Shown here piece by piece: positions 10,960 through 20,559 of a stretch of 64,000 bases of DNA (its first letter is position 1; every line of letters starts with the position of its first letter). The stretch spans positions 83,930 to 147,929 of the IMG/VR virus record IMGVR_UViG_3300042881_003883; one strand, given 5' to 3'. Made by a program: the position numbers and the translations under genes. Source of the stretch: a virus. Taxonomy: Duplodnaviria > Heunggongvirae > Uroviricota > Caudoviricetes. The notes below the pieces were generated by a model. It did not search any database. It worked only from the letters and a program-made list of their open reading frames with translations, and was not told the origin of the DNA.

Positions 10960-11333
10960 TAGAATGTACAAGCGGATATTGGGAATTTGTAAGAGTTCTT
11001 AGAAATGATAAAAGAGTATTGAGTGGATTTATCAAATCAACTCATATTACTGAAGAAATGCAGAATTCATATATGAAAACACATTCTCAGTTTTATCGTA
11101 TAGCATTGGTTAATGGTAAACCTGCTGGATACGTTGGTGTTATTGAAGATGATATCAGAGTATGTACACATCCTGATTTTCAAGGTTTGGGAGTTGGTAA
11201 GTTTATGATAAACCAATGTATGGTTACATGGCCTACCGCATTTGCAAAAGTAAAAATAGATAATGAAGCAAGTATGAAATTATTCGAAGCTTGTGGATTT
11301 ACAAAAAAATATTATATATTAACTAAAGATTAA
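10950..11333 (+). CDS. GNAT-family N-acetyltransferase
   Basis: QGLGVGKFMINQCM (motif A Q/RxxGxG/A). Track ORF starts at 10908, but the in-frame ATG at 10950 (MELVECTS) avoids a long overlap with the upstream gene. Confidence 0.6.
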   Translation: MELVECTSGYWEFVRVLRNDKRVLSGFIKSTHITEEMQNSYMKTHSQFYRIALVNGKPAGYVGVIEDDIRVCTHPDFQGLGVGKFMINQCMVTWPTAFAKVKIDNEASMKLFEACGFTKKYYILTKD

Positions 11334-11336
11334 ATT

Positions 11337-11963
11337 ATGTTACACAATCCATACAAAATTGTAAGAATGTTTGAAGAGGAAATCGCTAATTATACCGGCG
11401 CTCCTTACGCTATCTCAATTGATAGTTGTACAAACGCATTATTCCTTATTTGTAAATACAATGAGGTGAAGGAAGTTACAATCCCATCAAAAACGTATCT
11501 ATCAGTACCTCAATCGATTATACATGCTGGTGGTACAGTTATCTTCGATAAGAGAGCAGAAACAAACCATTGGAAGGGTTTATACCAATTCAAACCATAT
11601 CCTATCTACGATGCCGCAAAACGATTAACAAGCGGTATGTACATACCCGGAACTTATATGGGGTTATCATTCCACATTAAAAAGTTACTTCCAATTTGGA
11701 AAGGTGGTATGATTCTAACCGATAATGCTGATGCGGCTGATTGGTTTAAAAAAGCTCGTTATGAAGGTAGAAGTGAAAAATATTACAAAGAGGATGATAT
11801 TACATTCCATGGTTGGAATATGTATATGACTCCACAACAAGCAGCTCAAGGTTTGGCTATGTTTCAAAACTATCCAGAACATATGAGTGATTTAGGTGAA
11901 GATAATGGTTATAGAGATTTAACCGAATTTACTGTTTTCAAAAGCAATAAAGTTATAGAATAA
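11337..11963 (+). CDS. compact DegT/DnrJ/EryC1-like PLP-dependent sugar aminotransferase/dehydratase homolog
   Basis: Segment-by-segment match to DegT: FEEEIANYTGAPYAISIDSCTNALFLI; VTIPSKTYLSVPQSI; SFHIKK (PLP Lys); GGMILTDNADAADWFKKARYEGR. Only 208 aa (the family is normally ~370 aa). Confidence 0.6.
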   Translation: MLHNPYKIVRMFEEEIANYTGAPYAISIDSCTNALFLICKYNEVKEVTIPSKTYLSVPQSIIHAGGTVIFDKRAETNHWKGLYQFKPYPIYDAAKRLTSGMYIPGTYMGLSFHIKKLLPIWKGGMILTDNADAADWFKKARYEGRSEKYYKEDDITFHGWNMYMTPQQAAQGLAMFQNYPEHMSDLGEDNGYRDLTEFTVFKSNKVIE

Positions 11964-12628
11964 TGAAAGTAGAAAAATTAATTAGTAAAAATCAACCATC
12001 AAATTGGTTTAATCAAATAACAAAAGAATGTAGGGATGAATATCCAATTCATTTAGTTGACATAGATGCATCGGAAAAACTCGTTGATATGGGATGTAAT
12101 GTTGGTGGTTTTAGTGAAGCATGGAATTATCGCTTTCATAATATCTTAGCAATTGATGCAGCCTCATATAATGTTGAACAATATAAAAGTAGACATTCTC
12201 ATCAAATTTTACACAAAGCAGTATCATCTAAAGATGGTGAAATTGTAAAGTTAAAAAAATATATGGGTAACAATGATGATGATACTAATTCTGGAAACTT
12301 TTCAATAACAGGTTTTGTAAATGAACATAACAAACATGGATTTAGGGGTGATGAATATGAAGAGGTTGAAACTATTAGTTTAGAAACCATTTTAGAAATG
12401 GTTGGTACTATTGGTTTGTTGAAAATTGATATAGAAGGTGCTGAAGTGGATGTATTGTACCAAAAGGATTTATCAAAAGTAAATTACATAACTGGAGAAT
12501 TCCATAATTTTATTGGTAAAGAAAATCAATCAAAATTATTTGGATGGATTGGTAATACTCATACTGAAATATATTCTGTTGGTGATGGTGTTAGTTCTCA
12601 TTTTATAAAAATGTGGAAAAGAAAATAG
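11963..12628 (+). CDS. FkbM-family SAM-dependent methyltransferase
   Basis: MGCNVGGF (SAM motif I) and LLKIDIEGAEVDVL (FkbM signature). Confidence 0.7.
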   Translation: MKVEKLISKNQPSNWFNQITKECRDEYPIHLVDIDASEKLVDMGCNVGGFSEAWNYRFHNILAIDAASYNVEQYKSRHSHQILHKAVSSKDGEIVKLKKYMGNNDDDTNSGNFSITGFVNEHNKHGFRGDEYEEVETISLETILEMVGTIGLLKIDIEGAEVDVLYQKDLSKVNYITGEFHNFIGKENQSKLFGWIGNTHTEIYSVGDGVSSHFIKMWKRK

Positions 12629-12629
12629 T

Positions 12630-13355
12630 ATGAAAATAGCACTATGTTTACATGGTTTATTTGATTCAACAACTGATGGTAGTTCCAATGGTTATGATGG
12701 ATACAACCATATTAAAAAACACATTTTAGATATTACTGATACTGATGTGTTTATCCATAGTTGGGATATTGAAAAAGAGAGTGAAATCACTAAGTTATAT
12801 AATCCAACGTCAGCCATATTTGAAGCCCCAAAAGATTTTAATGAATTGGTAAATGGTAGAGGTTTAAATAATTTGAGTGGAACACCACGTTCACCTCAAA
12901 GTGTATTATCCCATCTTTATAGTGTAACTGAATCAATGAAGTTACCATATATAACTAATTCAGAATATGATATCATTATTAAAGCTCGTTTTGATTTGGG
13001 TAGAATAAATAGAGATACATCTGGACCAGGTAGAGGTAACCCATACCCAGTTCAATGTATTAATTTTCAAACTGAAATCGAATCTGATAAAATATATATG
13101 GCAGATTGGAATCATTTCAAAATGGGACCAGCGGATATGTGGTTTTATGGTACAATGGAAACTATGAAACCATTTACATCATTATATAATTCATTAGAGG
13201 AGCAAATGGAATTTAGAAGTCCATTTCACACATTTGCAGCTCAGATAGAAGGAAACCCTGGTGACCTTTCAAATTCCATAGCATTTTATAAATGGTGGAT
13301 GATACAAAATGGACTTTGGGAAAATAGAATAAATTTACAAACAATATGGGAATAG
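12630..13355 (+). CDS. hypothetical protein; paralog of the C-terminal domain of the 31724..33217 product
   Basis: KIALCLHG...DTDVFIHSWD...DIIIKARFD parallels KIALCFSG...DIDVYGSFWD...DIVIRARTD in the 31724 product. Confidence 0.5.
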   Translation: MKIALCLHGLFDSTTDGSSNGYDGYNHIKKHILDITDTDVFIHSWDIEKESEITKLYNPTSAIFEAPKDFNELVNGRGLNNLSGTPRSPQSVLSHLYSVTESMKLPYITNSEYDIIIKARFDLGRINRDTSGPGRGNPYPVQCINFQTEIESDKIYMADWNHFKMGPADMWFYGTMETMKPFTSLYNSLEEQMEFRSPFHTFAAQIEGNPGDLSNSIAFYKWWMIQNGLWENRINLQTIWE

Positions 13356-14044
13356 AATTACCAATAGTAGTGTACACTCACACCGATATGAAGGATGTAT
13401 GGCCAATGTTTTTTGGACAATTCAAAAAATATATCAATGGTTATAAAGTGTATGTGGCTGTTAATCAAATAGATACGCAAATACCATCGGATTATATCCA
13501 ATTGGTATATGATGATTCAAAATCATATACAGAGCGCTGGAGACAAATACTTCCACAAATTGAGGAAGATGTTATTATGTTTTTGCATGAGGATATGATA
13601 TTATTCGATACACCTAATTTTGAATTATTAGAAAAGTATTATGGTTATGTTAAAAGTGGAGTAGTTGAGAGTATTAAAATGATATTAGCAGGTGATTCAT
13701 TTCTTCCATCAACCATAGATAGTACATTAGTTACCAATCAATACGCAAAGTTTTCAATCCAACCAACACTAGTTAAAAAGGAAATATTTCAAAATTTAGT
13801 TAATACTATTGGTTCGTTAAATATTTGGCAATTTGAAGAAGCTATTATTTCATATGGTCGGGATTTTATGATACGAGTTGGTAGTGAGAAAAAAAGAGGT
13901 ATGTATCACTATGATAGTATTGTTTTCCCTTATATAGCAACTGCTATTAATAAAGGAAAATGGAATATGAGTGAATACCAAAAAGAATTGGATAAAATGT
14001 TTAATGAATATGGTGTAATGCCATTTGAAAGAGGAATAGTATGA
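13346..14044 (+). CDS. hypothetical protein (glycan locus)
   Basis: Operonic ORF. Confidence 0.5.
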   Translation: MGIELPIVVYTHTDMKDVWPMFFGQFKKYINGYKVYVAVNQIDTQIPSDYIQLVYDDSKSYTERWRQILPQIEEDVIMFLHEDMILFDTPNFELLEKYYGYVKSGVVESIKMILAGDSFLPSTIDSTLVTNQYAKFSIQPTLVKKEIFQNLVNTIGSLNIWQFEEAIISYGRDFMIRVGSEKKRGMYHYDSIVFPYIATAINKGKWNMSEYQKELDKMFNEYGVMPFERGIV

Positions 14045-15408
14045 TAAAATTAATAGTATTTGATTTAGATGGAGTTTTAGTAGAAGCTAAGAATATCCAC
14101 TTTGATGCACTAAATAATGCATTAGGACCTGAATATGAAATAAGTTGGGCTGAACACCTTTCAACTTATGATGGTTTGAAAACAAACCAAAAGTTGAATA
14201 TGTTGAGTGAACAAAAGGGATTACCAACTGAATTACATAAACAAGTATGGGATAAAAAACAAAAGTACACATTACAGATGTTAAAAGAGTTGAAACCAAA
14301 TCAAACTCTACAATCGGTAATGAATGCACTTTCTGAAGATGGATACAAATTAGCAGTTTGTTCTAATTCAATCAGAAAGACAGTTTTGACTGTACTTTCA
14401 AAATTGGGAATAATGGAGTTTATGGATTTAATTATCTCAAATGAAGATGTTAAGAATTCTAAACCACACCCTGAGATGTATTGGAAAGCAATTTCAATGA
14501 TGAGTTGTTTACCAGAAGAAACTCTAATTGTAGAGGATTCACCTTATGGGTTACTTGCGGCATCTCGTTCCAAATCTCATATTTTGAGAGTTAGAAATCC
14601 ACAAGAAGTAACCTATACGAACATATTTAAAAAATTAACTGAAATACAAATGGGTAAAATAGAAACAACACCTAAATGGGTAGATAAAAAGTTGAATGTA
14701 TTAATTCCAATGGCTGGTGCTGGAAGTAGATTCCAAACTGCTGGTTATACATTCCCAAAACCACTAATTGATGTAGAGGGTAAACCAATGATTCAAGTTG
14801 TGGTAGAAAATTTGAACATAGATGCAAATTACATATATGTAGTTCAGAAAGCACATAGAGAGCAATATAACTTAGATACCTTACTAAATTTAATTACACC
14901 TGGTTGTAAAGTAGTAGAAGTAGATACATTAACCGAAGGAGCTGCTTGTACGGCATTATTGGCTAAAGAATTTATTGATTCAGAGGCACCACTTTTCTTT
15001 GCAAATTCAGACCAATTTGTAGAATGGGATTCAAACGAATTCTTTTACAAAATGAATGAGAACGATTGTGATGGTGGAATACCAACATTTAAAGCAACTC
15101 ACCCAAAATGGAGTTTTGCTAAGTTAGATGATGATGGATTTGTAACCGAAGTACAAGAGAAAAACCCAATATCTGATTTGGCAACAATTGGTTTTTATTA
15201 TTGGAAACATGGTTCGGATTTTGTGAAATACGCTGAAGAGATGATTGAGCAAGATATTAGAGTGAATGGAGAATTCTATGTTTGTCCTGTTTATAACAAC
15301 GCAATTAAAGCTGGATTAAAGGTTAGAACATTCGATGTACCTAAAATGTGGGGATTGGGAACCCCTGAGGATTTAAAATATTATTTAGAAAATTATAAAA
15401 ATGATTAA
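14041..15408 (+). CDS. bifunctional HAD-superfamily phosphatase / sugar-phosphate nucleotidyltransferase fusion
   Basis: N-terminus VFDLDGVLVEA (HAD motif I DxDG), downstream SNS and K...EDS motifs; C-terminal half LIPMAGAGSRF...KPLIDVEGKPMI (nucleotidyltransferase G-x-G-x-R motif). Confidence 0.7.
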   Translation: MIKLIVFDLDGVLVEAKNIHFDALNNALGPEYEISWAEHLSTYDGLKTNQKLNMLSEQKGLPTELHKQVWDKKQKYTLQMLKELKPNQTLQSVMNALSEDGYKLAVCSNSIRKTVLTVLSKLGIMEFMDLIISNEDVKNSKPHPEMYWKAISMMSCLPEETLIVEDSPYGLLAASRSKSHILRVRNPQEVTYTNIFKKLTEIQMGKIETTPKWVDKKLNVLIPMAGAGSRFQTAGYTFPKPLIDVEGKPMIQVVVENLNIDANYIYVVQKAHREQYNLDTLLNLITPGCKVVEVDTLTEGAACTALLAKEFIDSEAPLFFANSDQFVEWDSNEFFYKMNENDCDGGIPTFKATHPKWSFAKLDDDGFVTEVQEKNPISDLATIGFYYWKHGSDFVKYAEEMIEQDIRVNGEFYVCPVYNNAIKAGLKVRTFDVPKMWGLGTPEDLKYYLENYKND

Positions 15409-16228
15409 AACAGCTACTATAATAACAACTCATAATCCTAAATTTCATCATGCATTTAATTTATTGGAATCCTATATAAAATATGTAGAGAAACCACATG
15501 ACTTATATTTTATTTTTACAAATGAAAATGAAATGTTTGATTTTAATTGGAAATCCGAATACAAATATATGGATAATTATAAACCATTAATATTGGATGA
15601 ATCATTGAGAGATAAAAAAAGTATTGTTAATGTTAAAAAAATGTTTGCATTACAATCTATAATTAACGATTATGATTATGTTGGTGTATATGATTGTGAA
15701 TCTGAATTTGTTAAAAATTGTAACTTAGATACCATATATGAAAATATTGCATCATATGATTATGTAAAGGCTAACGAATCTGAAATTGGAGGTAATATAA
15801 TAAAGTTAGCAGCAGGATATATGGGATTGGATACTAATGAAATATTAATAAATCAAACTAAAAATTATTCTCTATATTGGTGGTTTAGTGAAATACCTGT
15901 TTATAAAAAAGAATTGTTTATAGATTTCTATGATTGGTATAAATCATCTGAAAATTTAAATACATTACAATCAGAATATTATGCATTTGATTATTTGGTT
16001 TATATAATATGGTTAGTTTGTTTTAAAAATTTTAAAATCAAACATATTGAATTACCATTTAAATCCGAAATTTCAGCAGTTGAGGATTTTAGATTAACAC
16101 AAGAACAAAAGGATATTGTTAGTAATGAATTTCAATCGTATTGGTCTGTAAATGGTGTAAACCATAAAAAGTATGATAATATAAAATTAATAGTACATTC
16201 GGATAATGCTGGATATATAGATAAATAA
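15401..16228 (+). CDS. hypothetical protein (glycan locus)
   Basis: Operonic ORF, AT-rich. Confidence 0.5.
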   Translation: MIKTATIITTHNPKFHHAFNLLESYIKYVEKPHDLYFIFTNENEMFDFNWKSEYKYMDNYKPLILDESLRDKKSIVNVKKMFALQSIINDYDYVGVYDCESEFVKNCNLDTIYENIASYDYVKANESEIGGNIIKLAAGYMGLDTNEILINQTKNYSLYWWFSEIPVYKKELFIDFYDWYKSSENLNTLQSEYYAFDYLVYIIWLVCFKNFKIKHIELPFKSEISAVEDFRLTQEQKDIVSNEFQSYWSVNGVNHKKYDNIKLIVHSDNAGYIDK

Positions 16229-16238
16229 AAAAATAATA

Positions 16239-17477
16239 ATGACAAATTATCAAAGAGTTACCTTTATTATACCTTGTAGGAATAATTTAAGATTTTTACA
16301 ACAAGCCGTTTCATCAATTGAAGAACATTATGGTGATGGGCATGATATTGTGATAATGGATGATGCATCAACTGATGATAGTTGGGAATGGATTGAAAAA
16401 TATGGTTCGGATAAGAATCATATTTTAACTTATAGAAATGGTGGAAAAGATAGAGTTGGGCATACTGTTTTATACGATATAGGTATTCAATTAGCTAGAA
16501 CACCAATCGTAACAATATTACATTCAGATATGATTGTAACACCAAACTATGTTGGGAATATGTTGAAACACCTTAAACCAATGAGTGTAGTTTCAGCCAC
16601 TAGAATCGAACCACCATTGCATCCACCTGGTCCTGAAAAATATGTTAAGAATTTTGGAATGGATGTGGATGAGTTTACTGATGCCAAATCCAATTTCTTA
16701 AAATTTGTATATGAAGCTGAGTATCTAAATGAGGGTAAAGTTACTAATGGTATCTTTGCACCTTGGATGTTATATAAAGAAGATTTTGTATCTATTGGTG
16801 GGCATGATAAATTATTTGCACCTATGGAGTTGGAAGATTCTGATATATTTAATAGGTTCCATTTGAATGGGTACCAATTAATTCAGAGTAGAGATGCATT
16901 TGTATATCATATGACTTGTAGAGGTAGTAGATTTAAAGATGGTATCGAAATAGAAAAAGAGATACCACTACCAGATGGTACAATATGGTTCAAACCAAAA
17001 GACTCTGAAGAATATTTACAACTAAGAGCAACCAAATTTAGAGAGTGGTGGAGAAAGTGGCATACTGATGTTTTACATGATGATAATATGATGCCAATAG
17101 TTCCTAAAAGATATTCAACATCATTTATAATTGAAAATTGTAGACCACAACTACTTTCAATATTAGAACCCTGGTGTGATGATATCTATGTAGATTGTGA
17201 ATTTAACTCATATATTATGAATGAAGATTCTAAATCGGAATATATAATATCCGATAAAGTTCATTCAATTGGTAATGATGTTAAAAATAATGTACACATT
17301 AAATTTGATGCTAGTAAATTAACTAATCAACATTTTACTGAATTTATTAAAAAATTACCATTTATTATTGAACAAACTGGGCAATTGGGTACATTCAATT
17401 GGGATATATTTGAAATAAGTATTTTATCTTTAAATACAATTGACATGATTAAACCTCACTTTAAAAACGTATTTTAA
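16239..17477 (+). CDS. glycosyltransferase family 2 with extended C-terminal domain
   Basis: RVTFIIPCRNNLRFLQQAVSSI...IVIMDDASTDDS (classic GT2 N-terminus and DXD). Confidence 0.7.
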   Translation: MTNYQRVTFIIPCRNNLRFLQQAVSSIEEHYGDGHDIVIMDDASTDDSWEWIEKYGSDKNHILTYRNGGKDRVGHTVLYDIGIQLARTPIVTILHSDMIVTPNYVGNMLKHLKPMSVVSATRIEPPLHPPGPEKYVKNFGMDVDEFTDAKSNFLKFVYEAEYLNEGKVTNGIFAPWMLYKEDFVSIGGHDKLFAPMELEDSDIFNRFHLNGYQLIQSRDAFVYHMTCRGSRFKDGIEIEKEIPLPDGTIWFKPKDSEEYLQLRATKFREWWRKWHTDVLHDDNMMPIVPKRYSTSFIIENCRPQLLSILEPWCDDIYVDCEFNSYIMNEDSKSEYIISDKVHSIGNDVKNNVHIKFDASKLTNQHFTEFIKKLPFIIEQTGQLGTFNWDIFEISILSLNTIDMIKPHFKNVF

Positions 17478-18361
17478 TGAAAAAAAAGACATTAGTATGT
17501 ATCCATATAATGCCATCTGAAATAGAAATGTTTCAAAGGTTTATGGAACAATATAGAAAAGCATTATCGTATTGTAGAGAATATGATGTTACTATAAAAG
17601 CAACTTTGAATTTAAACCCAAAACTTACGGATTGGGAAAATAGTGAGTTAAAGCAAGATTACTTTATGAATATCTTCAATGCTCAGTTTCAATATAAAGA
17701 ATTGAAAAATATAAATCAAATTATATTAGATGAATCTATGTGGGGTACAACTCAACAAAAGAGAGAATCTATTAAAATTGATTACTTTGACCAATTTATA
17801 TTTTGTGATACGGATATTGTGATGCATGAACATCAGTTAATATACCAATTACAAGCAGCAGAAAGATTGGAGGGTATGTATATACTTTCACCATCAATTC
17901 CAAAGTGGTGGGATATGAGTTGGGATGGTTTAGTAAGTGATTCAATGAAAAATGCCGAAGCATTTAGTGAAGAAACTATGTTAGGTGCATTTACACAAAC
18001 TCCAACTAATATGCAACTTAAGAAGTTACCATATATTAAATTTGGATGTGGTATGCATACTCTATATTCTAAATCATTTTGGCAGTTTGTTGGAATACCT
18101 GAATCATTTGGTGGTTATGGACCCGAAGATACTTATGGTATGACAGCTGGTAGAATAGCATTAGAAGCTGGTTATGTAGTGAATCAATACGTTTTAGATG
18201 GATTATACATTACAGAAGATTATATAAATAGAGTTCCATCATTTGATGGTAAAATTAAAACTATTGACAAAAAATCTGAATTTTACAAAAACGCAGAAGC
18301 AATTGGTAGAGATGAATTGGTGGCATTTGTAGAAAGATTAAAACAAAAAAGTATCACTTAA
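17477..18361 (+). CDS. hypothetical protein, last gene of glycan operon
   Basis: ATG overlaps the upstream stop; CDTDIVMHE could be a DXD-like motif. Confidence 0.5.
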   Translation: MKKKTLVCIHIMPSEIEMFQRFMEQYRKALSYCREYDVTIKATLNLNPKLTDWENSELKQDYFMNIFNAQFQYKELKNINQIILDESMWGTTQQKRESIKIDYFDQFIFCDTDIVMHEHQLIYQLQAAERLEGMYILSPSIPKWWDMSWDGLVSDSMKNAEAFSEETMLGAFTQTPTNMQLKKLPYIKFGCGMHTLYSKSFWQFVGIPESFGGYGPEDTYGMTAGRIALEAGYVVNQYVLDGLYITEDYINRVPSFDGKIKTIDKKSEFYKNAEAIGRDELVAFVERLKQKSIT

Positions 18362-18432
18362 TCATTAATTTGATATTTATACCAAATACGTTTCAGAATT
18401 GGTTACATTAAATCTAATTAAGAAACAAAATT

Positions 18433-18666
18433 ATGGGATTTATCAAAGACATGTTTAAAGACAGTAACGAAATTAACGAAAAAAATGTAGTAGGATTTGC
18501 ATCATTCGCAGTAATGGTAATATTCGCATTAGCTGATATCGTAACTGGATTTTTAGGAAAAGACTTAATGGTTCAAGAATTCATTTATAATTCATTCGTA
18601 ATAATTACGTTGGGTTCATTTGGAATCGATGGATTACAAAAGTTTGCTGGAAAGAGAGAAGAGTAA
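18433..18666 (+). CDS. small two-TM membrane protein (holin-like topology)
   Basis: 77 aa, two hydrophobic helices (FASFAVMVIFALADIVTGFL; FVIITLGSFGIDGL), charged C-terminal tail KFAGKREE. Confidence 0.45.
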   Translation: MGFIKDMFKDSNEINEKNVVGFASFAVMVIFALADIVTGFLGKDLMVQEFIYNSFVIITLGSFGIDGLQKFAGKREE

Positions 18667-18673
18667 TAACATA

Positions 18674-18700
18674 AAGCCTCCCAATTGGGGGGCTTTTATT
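18674..18700 (+). terminator. rho-independent terminator
   Basis: AAGCCTCCC-AATT-GGGGGGCTT hairpin followed by TTTTATTG; closes the glycan operon. Confidence 0.7.
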
Positions 18701-18754
18701 GTTAAATAAAAATATCTTTATATTTATTGTAAATGATATAAAAAGGATTAAAGT

Positions 18755-19315
18755 ATGAAATCAGTTGAAAAATACATTGTAGAGAATTATGGGAAAAGAA
18801 CCGCATCAAAATTAATGAGTGAGGGTATTCCTAAATTATTTCTAAAAATTGAAGCAGTTAAGAAACAAATAGAAAAATTAACTGCAGAAAGAAAACAAAA
18901 ATTTGGTGGAGCATATGCTGCTAAAGTTAATAGTGAAACGGATGTAAATAAAAGAAATACATTGGTTAAACCAATTTTAGACATCACCAAAAAAATAAAT
19001 GCACTACACAAAAATCTTATCGATTTGTATGATATGGAGGAAAGATACATAAAGGATTTAGGTAAAGATGATGAATTGGTAGTTTCCGAAGATACGGATT
19101 TAGGTCATCAGGATGATGAACCGGGTATGTTAAGAGCTGATTTAAGTATTATCGAAAGATATGCTGAAGAATTAGGTGAGATGTTGGCTCAGTTTGATAG
19201 TACTGGTGAAGAAGTTGATTTTCCACATTGGTGGCAAGCTAAGATAGTTAATGCTAAAGAAGATATGATTGCGGCTAAACACTACTTAAGGTCAGAATTA
19301 GAAAAAAATAATTAA
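18755..19315 (+). CDS. hypothetical protein
   Basis: ORF, acidic C-terminus. Confidence 0.5.
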   Translation: MKSVEKYIVENYGKRTASKLMSEGIPKLFLKIEAVKKQIEKLTAERKQKFGGAYAAKVNSETDVNKRNTLVKPILDITKKINALHKNLIDLYDMEERYIKDLGKDDELVVSEDTDLGHQDDEPGMLRADLSIIERYAEELGEMLAQFDSTGEEVDFPHWWQAKIVNAKEDMIAAKHYLRSELEKNN

Positions 19316-19327
19316 AAATAACTAACA

Positions 19328-19645
19328 ATGCAATCAGAATCAATTTACGCAGTAATAATAACACTAATAACAGTATTAGGTTCAGCTGGAGCTTGGAGGT
19401 TTTATGAGAAAAAAGCCGAAAGACAGGAAAAGGAAGATGAATTTATTAAACATGATTGCTCTAAGAGAATTGATAGATTGGAACAATTGTTAGAAAGAAG
19501 TAGTCAAGAAAAAGATGAACTTAGGGATAAGATACTAAATCTTACTAGAGATTTGGCAGAATTAACTATTAAAGTTCAATATCTTGAAATGGAAAATAAA
19601 AAATTGTTAGAATTAAATACTCAATTTCTGAAACAAAGCTCCTAA
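19328..19645 (+). CDS. N-terminal TM anchor plus coiled-coil protein
   Basis: IYAVIITLITVLGSAGAW helix, then heptad-rich region (LEQLLERSSQEKDELRDKILNL...). Confidence 0.5.
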   Translation: MQSESIYAVIITLITVLGSAGAWRFYEKKAERQEKEDEFIKHDCSKRIDRLEQLLERSSQEKDELRDKILNLTRDLAELTIKVQYLEMENKKLLELNTQFLKQSS

Positions 19646-19706
19646 TTTATTAGGATATATCAGAAAAAAATTGTATATTTGTATGTTAACAATCAAACAA
19701 GAAAAT

Positions 19707-20237
19707 ATGATAGCAAGGAGTTTATTAGTGGAATCTAAGAAGTTAAGAATATTTGATTTTGATGATACATTAGTAAAAACAACATCATTTATATACATAA
19801 CGCATTCTAATGGAAAAAAATCAAAATTAACTCCAGGTCAATACGCTGTTTATAATGAAAAACCTGGTGATGAATTTGATTTTTCTGATTTTCAAAAAGT
19901 TCAGAATCCTCAAGAAATAAAAAAGATTACGAATGTACTTCGTAGAGTAATGGGTAGTAGTGGTGGAGATGGTGTTTACATCCTAACTGCAAGAGCAGCA
20001 TATCAACCTATTAAACAATATCTAAAGGATATTGGTATTAATTCTAATAAAATATTTGTAGTTGCATTAGCATCTAACAACCCGAAAGATAAAGCAGATT
20101 GGATAGAAGATAAAATCGATAACGAAGGTTATGATGATGTTTACTTTGCGGATGATTCTGAAAAGAATGTAGAGGCAACCAAAGCAATGTTAAGAGGTAA
20201 GGATGTTAGATGGAGAGTACAACATATAAAACATTAA
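19707..20237 (+). CDS. HAD-superfamily phosphatase (5'-nucleotidase-like)
   Basis: RIFDFDDTLVKT (DxDxT motif I). Track ORF begins with TTG at 19671 inside the TATATTTG box (19674-19681), so the ATG at 19707 is the more plausible start. Confidence 0.6.
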   Translation: MIARSLLVESKKLRIFDFDDTLVKTTSFIYITHSNGKKSKLTPGQYAVYNEKPGDEFDFSDFQKVQNPQEIKKITNVLRRVMGSSGGDGVYILTARAAYQPIKQYLKDIGINSNKIFVVALASNNPKDKADWIEDKIDNEGYDDVYFADDSEKNVEATKAMLRGKDVRWRVQHIKH

Positions 20238-20271
20238 AAAGATATATTTATAAGAATAACAAAGTACAACT

Positions 20272-20553
20272 ATGAAATTAAACTTTAAACTAAAAGGTAA
20301 TACATATTCAGCTGAATTTGGTGTACATCCCAACATTAAAGATGGTGGGATTGCTTGTATTGCAAAAACTTCAAAAGATTTGGATGTTTTACAAAATATA
20401 ATATCTGATTCAAATGAAGCATTAGTTATTCCAAAGGCATTACAAAGTTATTTGGAATCAAAATTAAAATTACCAATTGATATTGATTTTGATTATAAAG
20501 GTGCTGGATATGGGTTTAAAATAGATATGTACAGCTTATTAAAGAAATTATAG
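20272..20553 (+). CDS. hypothetical protein
   Basis: ORF. Confidence 0.45.
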   Translation: MKLNFKLKGNTYSAEFGVHPNIKDGGIACIAKTSKDLDVLQNIISDSNEALVIPKALQSYLESKLKLPIDIDFDYKGAGYGFKIDMYSLLKKL

Positions 20554-20559
20554 AAGATT

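Noticed and set aside
18433-18666. Lysis cassette (holin at 18433; membrane pair at 29079/29379)
   Set aside because: Small TM proteins are present, but no endolysin, amidase or lysozyme domain was found anywhere in the window. Calling a lysis module is not supported.
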